A stretch of 64,000 nucleotides of DNA, taken from assembly GCA_037127955.1 (NCBI GenBank), contig JBAXXI010000001.1, positions 73,217 through 137,216 of the forward strand, given 5' to 3'. Every line of letters begins with the position of its first letter. Position 1 is the stretch's first letter. Under the pieces are notes generated by a model that was given only the letters and a program-made list of their open reading frames with translations, did no database searches and was not told where the DNA came from. Of this stretch, positions 8,608-17,135 are shown piece by piece. A program made the translations under genes and the position numbers. The stretch is from Candidatus Berkelbacteria bacterium. Its GTDB lineage: Bacteria; Patescibacteriota; UBA1384; UBA12157.

Positions 8608-10008
8608 CTATTTTTCCATTGAAAAAGGATAATTCTGATCAAAACAACCAGTACAAAAACCATAACCTGGCAATGGATCAATAGAATTTATCACGCCTTC
8701 GAGTGACAAATAACCAAGCGAATCAGCACCAATATACTGACAAATTTCTTCTTCAGTCATTCTTGATGCGATTAACTCGTGAATCCTCTGAGTATCTGTT
8801 CCTAAAAAACACGTATGTTTATAAGGTGGTGCCGTAATGCGTACATGAATCTCTTTTGCACCAACTTTTCGCAACGAAGGAACAAGTTTCCGCATCGAAT
8901 GACCTCGAACGACCGAATCGTCTATCAAAACTATTTTTTTACCATTCACTTCTCTTCGAAGCTTCATATGCTTCATATCCACCATCCTTGCGCGCAAATG
9001 TTCACTTGGTTGCATAAAAGTTCTGCCAACAAAATCATTTTTGATCAATCCGCGCCGATACTCAATACCTGATGCGGCAGCATAACCCAGCCCGGCCGGA
9101 ATACCAGTATTAGGTGTGGCACAAACAATCCATTCGTCAAGATTTTTGCAATCAACAGGATGTTCGTAAAAAAGTCTTTCTCCCATATGACGACGAGCAG
9201 TCTCGACCAAACGATCAAAAATAACAGTGCCGGGGAAAGTAAAATAAATCCATTCAAACATGCACATTTTTTCACATATTTTTGGTAATAATTGAATCTT
9301 CTTATAATCTCCATCATGATCAGCAATAATCATTTCGCCGGCGCCAAGATCACAGATCCATTCAATACCCAAACAATCAAAGGCGCTTGTTTCAGAGGCA
9401 AAAGCATAACCTTGATCATTAAACTGACCGAAAGATAATGGACGAATTCCCCACGGATCTCGAAGACCAATAAGTTTTGTCTTGGTCATAACAATCAATG
9501 AAAAAGAGCCTTTTAAACCAACTGTAGCCGCCCGAATTGCATCTTCAATACAATTAACTTCATCAAATCTTGAAAAATAAGCAATCGAACGAGCAATAAG
9601 TTCACTGTCAGATGTTCCGTCAGGTTCAAAACCTTTACAAACCAATAAATTATAAAGATCTGTAGTATTTGGCAAATTCCCGTTATGAGCCACAGCAATG
9701 TTTCCAAATTTTGTCGAAACAGTAAAAGGTTGAAAATTTGCCTTAGTATTTGAACCAGTATTAGTATATCTAACCTGACCAATTGCAGTTGAGGCTCGTT
9801 CTCCACTATCCAATACTAATCGACCCAAATTATCATCGTCGAAACGGTCAACACGACCTTCCCACGTTTCTTTAATAACCTGCTTCCCATCCGTCAGAGA
9901 AATACCGGCTGCTTCTTGTCCACGATTTTGTGACCACAAAAGCATAAAATACACCAAACCGATCAGATCTTCACCATTACGCTCAATAACTCCAACAATT
10001 CCGCACAT
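8608..10008 (-). CDS. purF: amidophosphoribosyltransferase
   Basis: N-terminal MCGIVG (class-II glutamine amidotransferase catalytic Cys). PRTase motif VLIDDSVVRGHSM. C-terminal Fe-S cysteines CTGCFDQNYP. Start taken at MCGIVG (10008), not the upstream M. Confidence 0.85.
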   Translation of the reverse strand: MCGIVGVIERNGEDLIGLVYFMLLWSQNRGQEAAGISLTDGKQVIKETWEGRVDRFDDDNLGRLVLDSGERASTAIGQVRYTNTGSNTKANFQPFTVSTKFGNIAVAHNGNLPNTTDLYNLLVCKGFEPDGTSDSELIARSIAYFSRFDEVNCIEDAIRAATVGLKGSFSLIVMTKTKLIGLRDPWGIRPLSFGQFNDQGYAFASETSAFDCLGIEWICDLGAGEMIIADHDGDYKKIQLLPKICEKMCMFEWIYFTFPGTVIFDRLVETARRHMGERLFYEHPVDCKNLDEWIVCATPNTGIPAGLGYAAASGIEYRRGLIKNDFVGRTFMQPSEHLRARMVDMKHMKLRREVNGKKIVLIDDSVVRGHSMRKLVPSLRKVGAKEIHVRITAPPYKHTCFLGTDTQRIHELIASRMTEEEICQYIGADSLGYLSLEGVINSIDPLPGYGFCTGCFDQNYPFSMEK

Positions 10009-10133
10009 AATAAATTCCCCCTTTTTAAAATTTTTAAAATACAATAGAAAATTCATTAAAAAAATATTTCATGAACTCCTCTGCTCAAGGTACCACTTTT
10101 AGTCTAATTTGTAAATGGTTAGAGCGTCAGGCC

Positions 10134-10162
10134 TCGACAAAACCTGTTTTTTGTGGTATACT
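10134..10162 (+). promoter_or_regulatory. sigma70-like promoter TCGACA-17-TGgTATACT (extended -10) for the flavoprotein gene
   Basis: Hexamers and spacing seen directly. Consensus established knowledge. Confidence 0.5.
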
Positions 10163-10217
10163 ACATGCGATATGAACAATAAATACATTTATGGAAATTC
10201 TATTTAATAAATAAAAT

Positions 10218-11462
10218 ATGGAAAATAATTTACCAAAAATTCATGATGTCGCCATTATCGGCGGTGGCGCTTCGGGTATGATGGCCGCCATTATCGCTGC
10301 CAGACAAAACAAGTCTGTTATTTTGATAGAAAAAAACGCTGAACTCGGCCGTAAAATTTTAGCCACCGGCAACGGTCGCTGTAATTTAACTAATAAATTT
10401 ATCGAATCTTCTCGTTACCACGGCGGCCACCCAAAATTTATCGAATCAGTTTTAGCACAATTTGATCAATTTGAAACCATGAATTTTTTTGAAAATTTAG
10501 GTTTAATCTTAAAAGAAGAAAACTTAGGCCGGATCTTCCCGCGCTCCGATCAAGCCTCCAGTGTAGTCAACGCGCTTATCCATGAGCTTGAAACAAATCA
10601 CGTGGAAATCATCTTGAATAATCAAGCCCGGAAGATTGAAAAATTAAGCAATATTTTCCATACAACTTTGGCTAATGGCCAAAAAATTATTTCTCATAAA
10701 TTAATTCTCTCAACTGGTGGCCAAGCCGCCGAACATCTCGGCACATCAGGAGATGCTTATTTTTGGTTAAAAAATTTTGGCCACAGCACAACCGATCTTT
10801 ACCCAGCCTTAGCGCCACTTGAGACCAAAGAAACATGGGTCAAAGAGGTTCAAGGATTAAAAATTGAAGCCAAAATCACTGCTACAGTTAATAATGAAAA
10901 AATCTATGAAAAAACCGGCGACGCCTTGTTCACCCATTTTGGAGTCTCTGGCCCAGCAGCCATGGCTCAGGCCGGCGCTATTGGACAATATTTATCTAAC
11001 CAGGAAGTCAAAATTCATTTAGATCTATTCCCCGAAGAACAATTACCAAACTTAAATATTAAATTTATCAAAATTATCGAAACCAGTGGCGCTAAACAGA
11101 TTAAAAATGTTTTAGCTGGCATAATTCCTTCGAATTTATCACCGTTAATATTAGATCAACTCGGCATTAATCCAGATAAAAAAGCCGCTGAAATCAGCAA
11201 AGATGATCGCAAAAAGATTGTTGAAAAAATTAAAAATATCGAATTGACGATTGTCAAAACTAGACCATTCAGAGAAGCCCAAGTCACCCATGGTGGTGCA
11301 ATTTTAGATCAAATTAATCCAAAAACTCTAGAATCAAAAATCGTACCAGGACTATATTTAACCGGCGAACTTTTAGATGTCGACGGCGACTCCGGCGGCT
11401 TTAATCTCCAATGGGCTTGGTCAAGCGGATATTTAGCCGGCCAATCTTGCTCTAAAATATAA
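10218..11462 (+). CDS. NAD(P)/FAD-dependent oxidoreductase, HI0933/BaiN-like flavoprotein family
   Basis: N-terminal GGGASGM Rossmann motif and the TGNGRCNLTN signature of HI0933-like proteins. Confidence 0.8.
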   Translation: MENNLPKIHDVAIIGGGASGMMAAIIAARQNKSVILIEKNAELGRKILATGNGRCNLTNKFIESSRYHGGHPKFIESVLAQFDQFETMNFFENLGLILKEENLGRIFPRSDQASSVVNALIHELETNHVEIILNNQARKIEKLSNIFHTTLANGQKIISHKLILSTGGQAAEHLGTSGDAYFWLKNFGHSTTDLYPALAPLETKETWVKEVQGLKIEAKITATVNNEKIYEKTGDALFTHFGVSGPAAMAQAGAIGQYLSNQEVKIHLDLFPEEQLPNLNIKFIKIIETSGAKQIKNVLAGIIPSNLSPLILDQLGINPDKKAAEISKDDRKKIVEKIKNIELTIVKTRPFREAQVTHGGAILDQINPKTLESKIVPGLYLTGELLDVDGDSGGFNLQWAWSSGYLAGQSCSKI

Positions 11463-11472
11463 ATTTATTAAC

Positions 11473-11502
11473 AAAAAAACTCATAATTATATGAGTTTTT
11501 TT
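11473..11502. terminator. bidirectional rho-independent terminator
   Basis: AAAAAAACTCATAattTATGAGTTTTTTT between convergent flavoprotein gene and tRNA-Leu(CAG). Confidence 0.7.
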
Positions 11503-11503
11503 G

Positions 11504-11589
11504 TGGTGCCCGAGAGAGGATTCGAACCTCCACGTCCTTGCGAACACTGACACCTGAAGCCAGCGCGTCTACCGTTCCGCCACTCGGGC
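11504..11589 (-). tRNA. tRNA-Leu (CAG), long variable arm, CCA encoded
   Basis: Minus strand GCCCGAGTGGCGGAACGGTAGACGCGCTGGCTTCAGGTGTCAG... Anticodon loop TTCAGGT. Confidence 0.8.
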
Positions 11590-11595
11590 AAGTCT

Positions 11596-13086
11596 TTAGA
11601 GTTTGACTCTTTTAGTTTTTATATACCACTGATTCACATTCAAAAATCTGTCTGTCTCAGAAAAACCAAAAATCTTGTCTAAACCTTTGACGTCACGGCT
11701 AACCACGTAATTAATTGTAGTCTGAGATAATTTAATAAAAGGTACATCGTCATCTAAAATTTTATTAAATTGATTATACTTATCTTCACGAACTTTAAAA
11801 TCAAAAGCCTGTCTAGCGTCTTCGAGTAAACGATCAGCATTTTTATTTGAATAATTAGAAAGATTCATCCCGGTCGCACTAATCTGCGACGTATGCCAAA
11901 ACGGATAAGGATCCGGGTCAGGACCATAATCTAAACCATACAATAAAAGATCGTAATTTCTTTTTGGGATAATATCTTTTTGCAAAGTCACATTATCGTA
12001 TTTTTGAATATTGATATTAATCTTAAGTGGCGCCCAATCAGCTTTTATTTTTTCGGCCATCTTGATATTGGTCGTGTTGTCAGAAGTCACCAAATTAAAC
12101 GTATATTGTTTATCAGCTACCTTGCCATCGCGCAAATTTTGACGCAAAATTTTATTCTTTAAATCATTATTTTTAACATTAAAGAAAAGTAAAAGTTGTC
12201 TTGGCAGTGTCATATTCAAAGTATTAGAGTCAACACTTTGCCATTCACCATTGTCAACTTTGAGGTAATTCATGATTTCGTAATTTTTAGCGGCTTTAAT
12301 CAAGTCGCTTTCGTTTGAATAAAATTTAACCACAATTTTGTCGATATAAGGTCTACCTTGCCAATAATCATCTCGAGCAACCAATGTAATTTGGTTTTTA
12401 TCCTCTTTAGAAACCTTATATGGACCAAAGCTAAAAATTGGCTCGGTCGATATGTAAAGGAACGGACTAAAAGGTTGTTTAAATTTAAAATCGATTAAAT
12501 TGTCTGAAGGGGTAGTGACTTCGATATTCGGCCAACTATTTTTAGCCTGAAGTTGAGAAGCTAAATCATAAGCATTGATACCATTTCGCAATTTGAATTC
12601 AAAAGTCTTATTACCATCCAAAACTTGCCAACTTTCGGCTAAATCCCCTTTAACCTCACCGGTCGGTTGCAATTTTGTTAAACCAGCATTAGTTAACCTT
12701 GTCAAATAACGATCTAGATCTTTAGGTTGACCAACAATACCTTCAGTTAAAACTCCGCCAGATACAGCTACAGCCTTGGTTGTTTTAATCCAATGATTTT
12801 GCCAAATAAAAAAAATCGACAAAATAATTACCCCTAATAGAACAAAAATAATAATATTATCGGTTTTTGATAAATATTTATGAACAGTCTTAAAACCAGA
12901 AAAAGTTTCTCGACTGAAAAACTTTTTAATTTCTTGAGCAGTAAATATTTTTTTAATTTTCTTAAAACTAACAACGAGTTCTTTAAGATAAGTGTAAATT
13001 TTAATAAAATTTGTTTTATTAAAAATCAAAACAAATTTACTTTTTAAAACTTTACCAAAATTAAGACAAGATTCGATTATCTTCAT
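11596..13086 (-). CDS. ABC transporter substrate-binding protein, family 5 (peptide/nickel type), N-terminal membrane anchor
   Basis: Overall SBP_bac_5-like pattern (DDYWQGRPYIDKIVVKFY...) and an N-terminal TM helix. Confidence 0.6.
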   Translation of the reverse strand: MKIIESCLNFGKVLKSKFVLIFNKTNFIKIYTYLKELVVSFKKIKKIFTAQEIKKFFSRETFSGFKTVHKYLSKTDNIIIFVLLGVIILSIFFIWQNHWIKTTKAVAVSGGVLTEGIVGQPKDLDRYLTRLTNAGLTKLQPTGEVKGDLAESWQVLDGNKTFEFKLRNGINAYDLASQLQAKNSWPNIEVTTPSDNLIDFKFKQPFSPFLYISTEPIFSFGPYKVSKEDKNQITLVARDDYWQGRPYIDKIVVKFYSNESDLIKAAKNYEIMNYLKVDNGEWQSVDSNTLNMTLPRQLLLFFNVKNNDLKNKILRQNLRDGKVADKQYTFNLVTSDNTTNIKMAEKIKADWAPLKININIQKYDNVTLQKDIIPKRNYDLLLYGLDYGPDPDPYPFWHTSQISATGMNLSNYSNKNADRLLEDARQAFDFKVREDKYNQFNKILDDDVPFIKLSQTTINYVVSRDVKGLDKIFGFSETDRFLNVNQWYIKTKRVKL

Positions 13087-13104
13087 GTCTATTAATCCTT
13101 TAAG

Positions 13105-13320
13105 TTAAAAGATGAGATGGCAAATAGCAACGGCCACAAAAATTACAGCGAGAACGATAGTTGAGTTAAATAAAAACTTTTCAGCACCACGACGACTTCT
13201 ATAGACATTGCCTTCACCACCAAAAGCTCCACCTAAAGACGTACCTTTATTTTGAAGTAAAATACTGGCAATCAATAAAACAGCTACGGCAATTTGTATA
13301 TAATCTAAGATATTTTGCAT
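13105..13320 (-). CDS. secG: preprotein translocase subunit SecG
   Basis: 71-aa two-TM protein with the LLQNKGTSLGGAFGG motif typical of SecG. Start at MQNILDY. Confidence 0.7.
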   Translation of the reverse strand: MQNILDYIQIAVAVLLIASILLQNKGTSLGGAFGGEGNVYRSRRGAEKFLFNSTIVLAVIFVAVAICHLIF

Positions 13321-13344
13321 ATTTTTTAAATCTTTGAAAAATAT

Positions 13345-13418
13345 TGGAGGTCTGGAGCAGATTCGCACTGCTGTACGAGGTTTTGCAGACCTCTGCCTAA
13401 CTCCTCGGCCACCAGACC
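13345..13418 (-). tRNA. tRNA-Cys (GCA), CCA encoded
   Basis: Minus strand GGTCTGGTGGCCGAGGAGTTAGGCAGAGGTCTGCAAAACCTCGTACAGCAGTGCGAATCTGCTCCAGACCTCCA. Confidence 0.8.
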
Positions 13419-13447
13419 ACAGTTACACTGCCCCAACCGTAAAAGAT

Positions 13448-13522
<75 letters not shown>

Positions 13523-13647
13523 AAACTCCATTTTTAACGCCTGTATGACTATCATACCAAATTATCACAAAAAATCAAGACTTATAACTGTTTACTCTTT
13601 GTAGCACATTTGCTATCATTAGATTAACTAACCAGATAGGAGAAAAA

Positions 13648-13941
13648 ATGGGCAAAAAGAACAAAGCAAAATTTAAAAAACAAAATTTGAACTATATCGC
13701 CAAAACTCAGTCAATTCAAGAAAACGATATTATAGATCAAACTAAAAGTACCACAATCGAAAAGAATTCGTCTTTAAATGAAATGCAAAATTTAGCTCAA
13801 ATAAAATCCGATTTAATCAAAACCGGTATTATCGTCACAATACTCGCTCTTTCGATCGTCGCGATCATCTTAATCGACCATAAACAAAATATTCTATTAA
13901 CCTTTGGTGATTGGATTTTTAAAACCCTACATATTAATTAG
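13648..13941 (+). CDS. small Lys-rich protein with C-terminal TM helix (hypothetical)
   Basis: Good SD (ATAGGAGAAAAAATG). Intact 97-aa ORF. Confidence 0.4.
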   Translation: MGKKNKAKFKKQNLNYIAKTQSIQENDIIDQTKSTTIEKNSSLNEMQNLAQIKSDLIKTGIIVTILALSIVAIILIDHKQNILLTFGDWIFKTLHIN

Positions 13942-15446
13942 TAAGTATTTTTTTCTTTAGTCCTATATTGCAACGCTTCCGCTAAGTGTTCTTTTGAGAT
14001 ATTTTGAGATCCGGCTAAATCAGCGATCGTTCGAGCCACTTTAAGAATTCTGGTATACTGGCGAGCCGATAAGTCATATTGAGCCATAGCTAATTTTAAT
14101 AAATTCTTGCTTTCTTCATCAAGTAAGCAGTATTTTTTGGTCTCTCGTGGGGACATTTCCGCATTAATTTTTTTAAATCTTGCATACTGTAAATCACGAG
14201 CTTTTTCCACCCGCTCTCTGACTTTTTCCGAGCTTTCCGCCACCGAATCGCTCGAAAGTTTTTCATAATCCACTCGCGGTACTTCAATATGAATATCGAT
14301 TCGATCTAAAAGTGGACCAGACACTCGTTTCTGGTAACGCATAATTTGCACCGGGGAACAAATACAATTCTTTTTGGTATCACCTAAATAACCGCACGGA
14401 CACGGGTTTTGCGCCGCCACCAAAATAAATTTGGCCGGGTACGCAATCGAGCCTTGCGCCCGACTGACCGTAATAATTCCATCTTCCAATGGTTGTCTGA
14501 GAGCCTCCAAAACTGAGCGTGGAAACTCGGCAAACTCATCCATAAACAAAACCCCGCGGTGCGAAAGAGTAATTTCGCCTGGCTTGGGGTAAGTGCCACC
14601 ACCAACCAAGGCCACAGAAGAAACAGTGTGGTGAGGCGCCCGAAACGGCCGTTCAAAAATAATTGGTTGATCAGTCGAAAGCAAACCCGCGACCGAATAA
14701 ATTTTTGTGACTTCTAAAATTTCGTCTTTATTAAGTTGAGGCAAAATCGAAGGAATTGTTCGCGCTAACAAAGTTTTTCCTGATCCGGGCGGCCCGTTAA
14801 ATAAAACATTGTGGCCGCCGGCGGCGGCAATTTCCAGCGCGCGTTTGGCTTGTTCCTGACCTTTAACATAGGCTAAATCATTTTCGTATTCAACATTATT
14901 TTTAATCTCAATTTTAACTTTGGCGTGTTCGATAATCTTTTCTTTTTTCAAATGAAAAATCAAATCTTTCAAACTCTCCACTGGCAAAATCTGAAAATCC
15001 TCAACAAGACTGGCCTCGTCGGTATTTATTTTTGGTAAAATTATTTCCGAAAACTTTTTATTTAAACTAATCACGATCGGTAAAATGCCGTTAATATGAC
15101 GCAGCTTTCCATTAAGCGCTAACTCGCCCACCAACAAAGCTTGTTCATCGATCACTGGCAATTGTTCATCGGCTACCAAAATTCCCACCGCAATCGCCAA
15201 GTCGTATGCCGGACCTTCTTTTTTAATATCAGCCGGCGCCAAATTTACCGTAATCCGCTTCATTGGAAAATTCGCGCCAGAGTTCTTAATAGCGGCGCGC
15301 ACTCGCTCTTTTGATTCCTCAATCGCCTTATCCGGCAGACCAACTATTTGAAAACTCGGTAGACCATTTGAAATATCAACTTCCACTTCAACCGGGTAAG
15401 CATCGAGTCCAACCACCGCTGCTGAGTTCACTTTAGCTAGCGACAT
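13938..15446 (-). CDS. comM: YifB/ComM family Mg-chelatase-like AAA+ ATPase
   Basis: N-terminal Lon-protease-like S5 domain fold pattern, Walker A GPPGSGKT, and ChlI-like C-terminus. Start at MSLAKV. Confidence 0.85.
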   Translation of the reverse strand: MSLAKVNSAAVVGLDAYPVEVEVDISNGLPSFQIVGLPDKAIEESKERVRAAIKNSGANFPMKRITVNLAPADIKKEGPAYDLAIAVGILVADEQLPVIDEQALLVGELALNGKLRHINGILPIVISLNKKFSEIILPKINTDEASLVEDFQILPVESLKDLIFHLKKEKIIEHAKVKIEIKNNVEYENDLAYVKGQEQAKRALEIAAAGGHNVLFNGPPGSGKTLLARTIPSILPQLNKDEILEVTKIYSVAGLLSTDQPIIFERPFRAPHHTVSSVALVGGGTYPKPGEITLSHRGVLFMDEFAEFPRSVLEALRQPLEDGIITVSRAQGSIAYPAKFILVAAQNPCPCGYLGDTKKNCICSPVQIMRYQKRVSGPLLDRIDIHIEVPRVDYEKLSSDSVAESSEKVRERVEKARDLQYARFKKINAEMSPRETKKYCLLDEESKNLLKLAMAQYDLSARQYTRILKVARTIADLAGSQNISKEHLAEALQYRTKEKNTY

Positions 15447-15468
15447 AATTCCCTCCTGATTTATAAAA

Positions 15469-16380
15469 CTACGCTGTAAATTTTTTAATGAGTTTTTCTG
15501 CCTCTTCAACCGTTTTCACCCATTTCACATCTTGATTGCGACGAAACCAGGTGTCCTGTTTTCGAATATAGGCGTGAGTATTAGTCTTAATTTTTTCTTT
15601 AGCCGAAATCAGATCGGTACGGCCATGCAAATAATCAATAATTTCCTTATAGCCAATCGTATTAAGAGCCGGCAAATCAGCCGGGTATTTTTTAATCAAA
15701 TTTCGAACTTCTTCCACCAAACCATCTTTAATCATTTTTTCCACTCGCGCGTCAACTTTGGCATAAAGTGTTTCACGCGGTACATCAATCCCAATAATTA
15801 AAGTTTTAAACTTTGGATTTTTCTTTTTTTGTTGAGCACTAAACGGTTTTTCATTTAGTAATGTATACTCTAAAGCACGAATCACGCGGCGCTTGTTGTG
15901 CGGATCAATTTTTTCTGCCGAGTCTGGATCAAGTTCTTGAAGTTTACTAAATAAAGCAGCGTCGGTTAACTGCTCCAATTCTTCACGGATTTTTAAACTT
16001 TCTTGCTTTAATTCTGGTATTTCGTAACCATAAACCACGGATTCCAAATAAAGTCCGGTGCCGCCCACCAGGATCGGCAAATTATTTAAATTCAAATATT
16101 TTAAGACCAATTCGGTGGCTAGTTTTTGATAGTCACTTAACGAAAAGTTTTGGGCTGGCTCAACCACATCAATCAAATCTTGGGGGAAACTTTTATCTTT
16201 AGCCGTGCCAATATCCATACCTTTATAAATCTGACGTGAATCAACCGAAATTAATTTTCCATCGAAAAGACTGGCCAAATGTTTAGCCCATTTAGTTTTG
16301 CCAGAACCCGTCGGACCGACAATGGCCACAACTTTTTTTAGATCTTTTTTAATTTTTGTCTGATTTTTTGGCTTTATCAT
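15469..16380 (-). CDS. miaA: tRNA dimethylallyltransferase
   Basis: P-loop AIVGPTGSGKT, DSRQIYKGMDIGTAK. Start chosen at MIKPKN (16380), about 20 aa before the P-loop, rather than the ORF-track M at 16485. Confidence 0.85.
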   Translation of the reverse strand: MIKPKNQTKIKKDLKKVVAIVGPTGSGKTKWAKHLASLFDGKLISVDSRQIYKGMDIGTAKDKSFPQDLIDVVEPAQNFSLSDYQKLATELVLKYLNLNNLPILVGGTGLYLESVVYGYEIPELKQESLKIREELEQLTDAALFSKLQELDPDSAEKIDPHNKRRVIRALEYTLLNEKPFSAQQKKKNPKFKTLIIGIDVPRETLYAKVDARVEKMIKDGLVEEVRNLIKKYPADLPALNTIGYKEIIDYLHGRTDLISAKEKIKTNTHAYIRKQDTWFRRNQDVKWVKTVEEAEKLIKKFTA

Positions 16381-16513
16381 TTTCTGCCTTTTCGACAATA
16401 ATTCGTTGGAGCTCAAAAACCGATCGACCAGAAACTTTGTGTCCGGTCTTATATTCATCAACTTCAAGCTTGAGTTCTTCTTCAATTTCTTCTAAATCAA
16501 TATCTTTATTCAT
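16349..16513 (-). CDS. possible small acidic protein (54 aa, MNKDIDLEEIEEELKLEVDEYKTGHKVSGRSVFELQRIIVEKAENDKAKKSDKN)
   Basis: ORF starts directly after the tRNA-Leu(UAG) 3' end and overlaps the miaA start by about 30 nt in another frame. Missing from the ORF track because it is under 60 aa. Confidence 0.25.
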   Translation of the reverse strand: MNKDIDLEEIEEELKLEVDEYKTGHKVSGRSVFELQRIIVEKAENDKAKKSDKN

Positions 16514-16521
16514 AGTGTGTT

Positions 16522-16607
16522 TGGTGCCCGGGAGAGGACTTGAACCTCCACGATCTTGCGACCACCAGCTCCTAAGGCTGGCGTGTATACCATTTCACCA
16601 CCCGGGC
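16522..16607 (-). tRNA. tRNA-Leu (UAG), long variable arm, CCA encoded
   Basis: Minus strand GCCCGGGTGGTGAAATGGTATACACGCCAGCCTTAGGAGCTGG... Confidence 0.85.
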
Positions 16608-16637
16608 AAATATAAAATTTATATTCTAATTATATTT

Positions 16638-16655
16638 CGGAATACTGAAATTCCG
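16638..16655 (-). promoter_or_regulatory. leader hairpin motif A (CGGAATTTCAGTATTCCG on the minus strand) between a GGTATAGT -10-like element (16673-16680) and tRNA-Leu(UAG)
   Basis: Identical 18-mer to 38356-38373 after reverse-complementing. Same position relative to a GGTATAnT box. Confidence 0.5.
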
Positions 16656-16697
16656 CGTTAATCTATAGATTAACTATACCTTATTTTCAACGATTAA

Positions 16698-17135
16698 TCA
16701 ATTCCCTATCGTGATTAAATCCTTAATTTTCTCAAAACTCACATCGCCGATGCCTTTGATATTTTTAATATCTTCAATCGTTTTAAAGCCGCTATTCTTT
16801 TCGCGATAGCTAATAATGTCGCCAGCGCGCACTGGACCAACGCCTGGCAGCTTATCGAGCTCAGCTAAACTCGCCGTATTAATATTGATTTTATCACCCT
16901 GATTTTGGGTCGATGACTGAACAACTTCCGAGCTTGCCTTGGCCGATAATTCTTGGCGGAGTTTTTCGTTTTCGGTTTTAAGGCCAGCCACCATTTTCTT
17001 GTCGCGCACTACTTCTTTTTGTATATAATCACCAAAAATCACTAGACCTGTGCCCGCTAAAATAATAAATACTAAAACCGCGCCAATATAATACCTGTAT
17101 TTAAAAATAAATTCATCAAAACTATTTTTCATCAT
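16698..17135 (-). CDS. comEA: competence protein ComEA (helix-hairpin-helix DNA-binding)
   Basis: N-terminal TM helix. C-terminal tandem HhH: ININTASLAELDKLPGVGPVRAGDIISYRE...IKGIGDVSFEKI. Confidence 0.8.
   Translation of the reverse strand: MMKNSFDEFIFKYRYYIGAVLVFIILAGTGLVIFGDYIQKEVVRDKKMVAGLKTENEKLRQELSAKASSEVVQSSTQNQGDKININTASLAELDKLPGVGPVRAGDIISYREKNSGFKTIEDIKNIKGIGDVSFEKIKDLITIGN

Noticed and set aside
8608-10008. purF as evidence of a complete purine pathway
   Set aside because: Only purF is in the window and no other pur genes are nearby. Presence of the pathway cannot be judged from this window.
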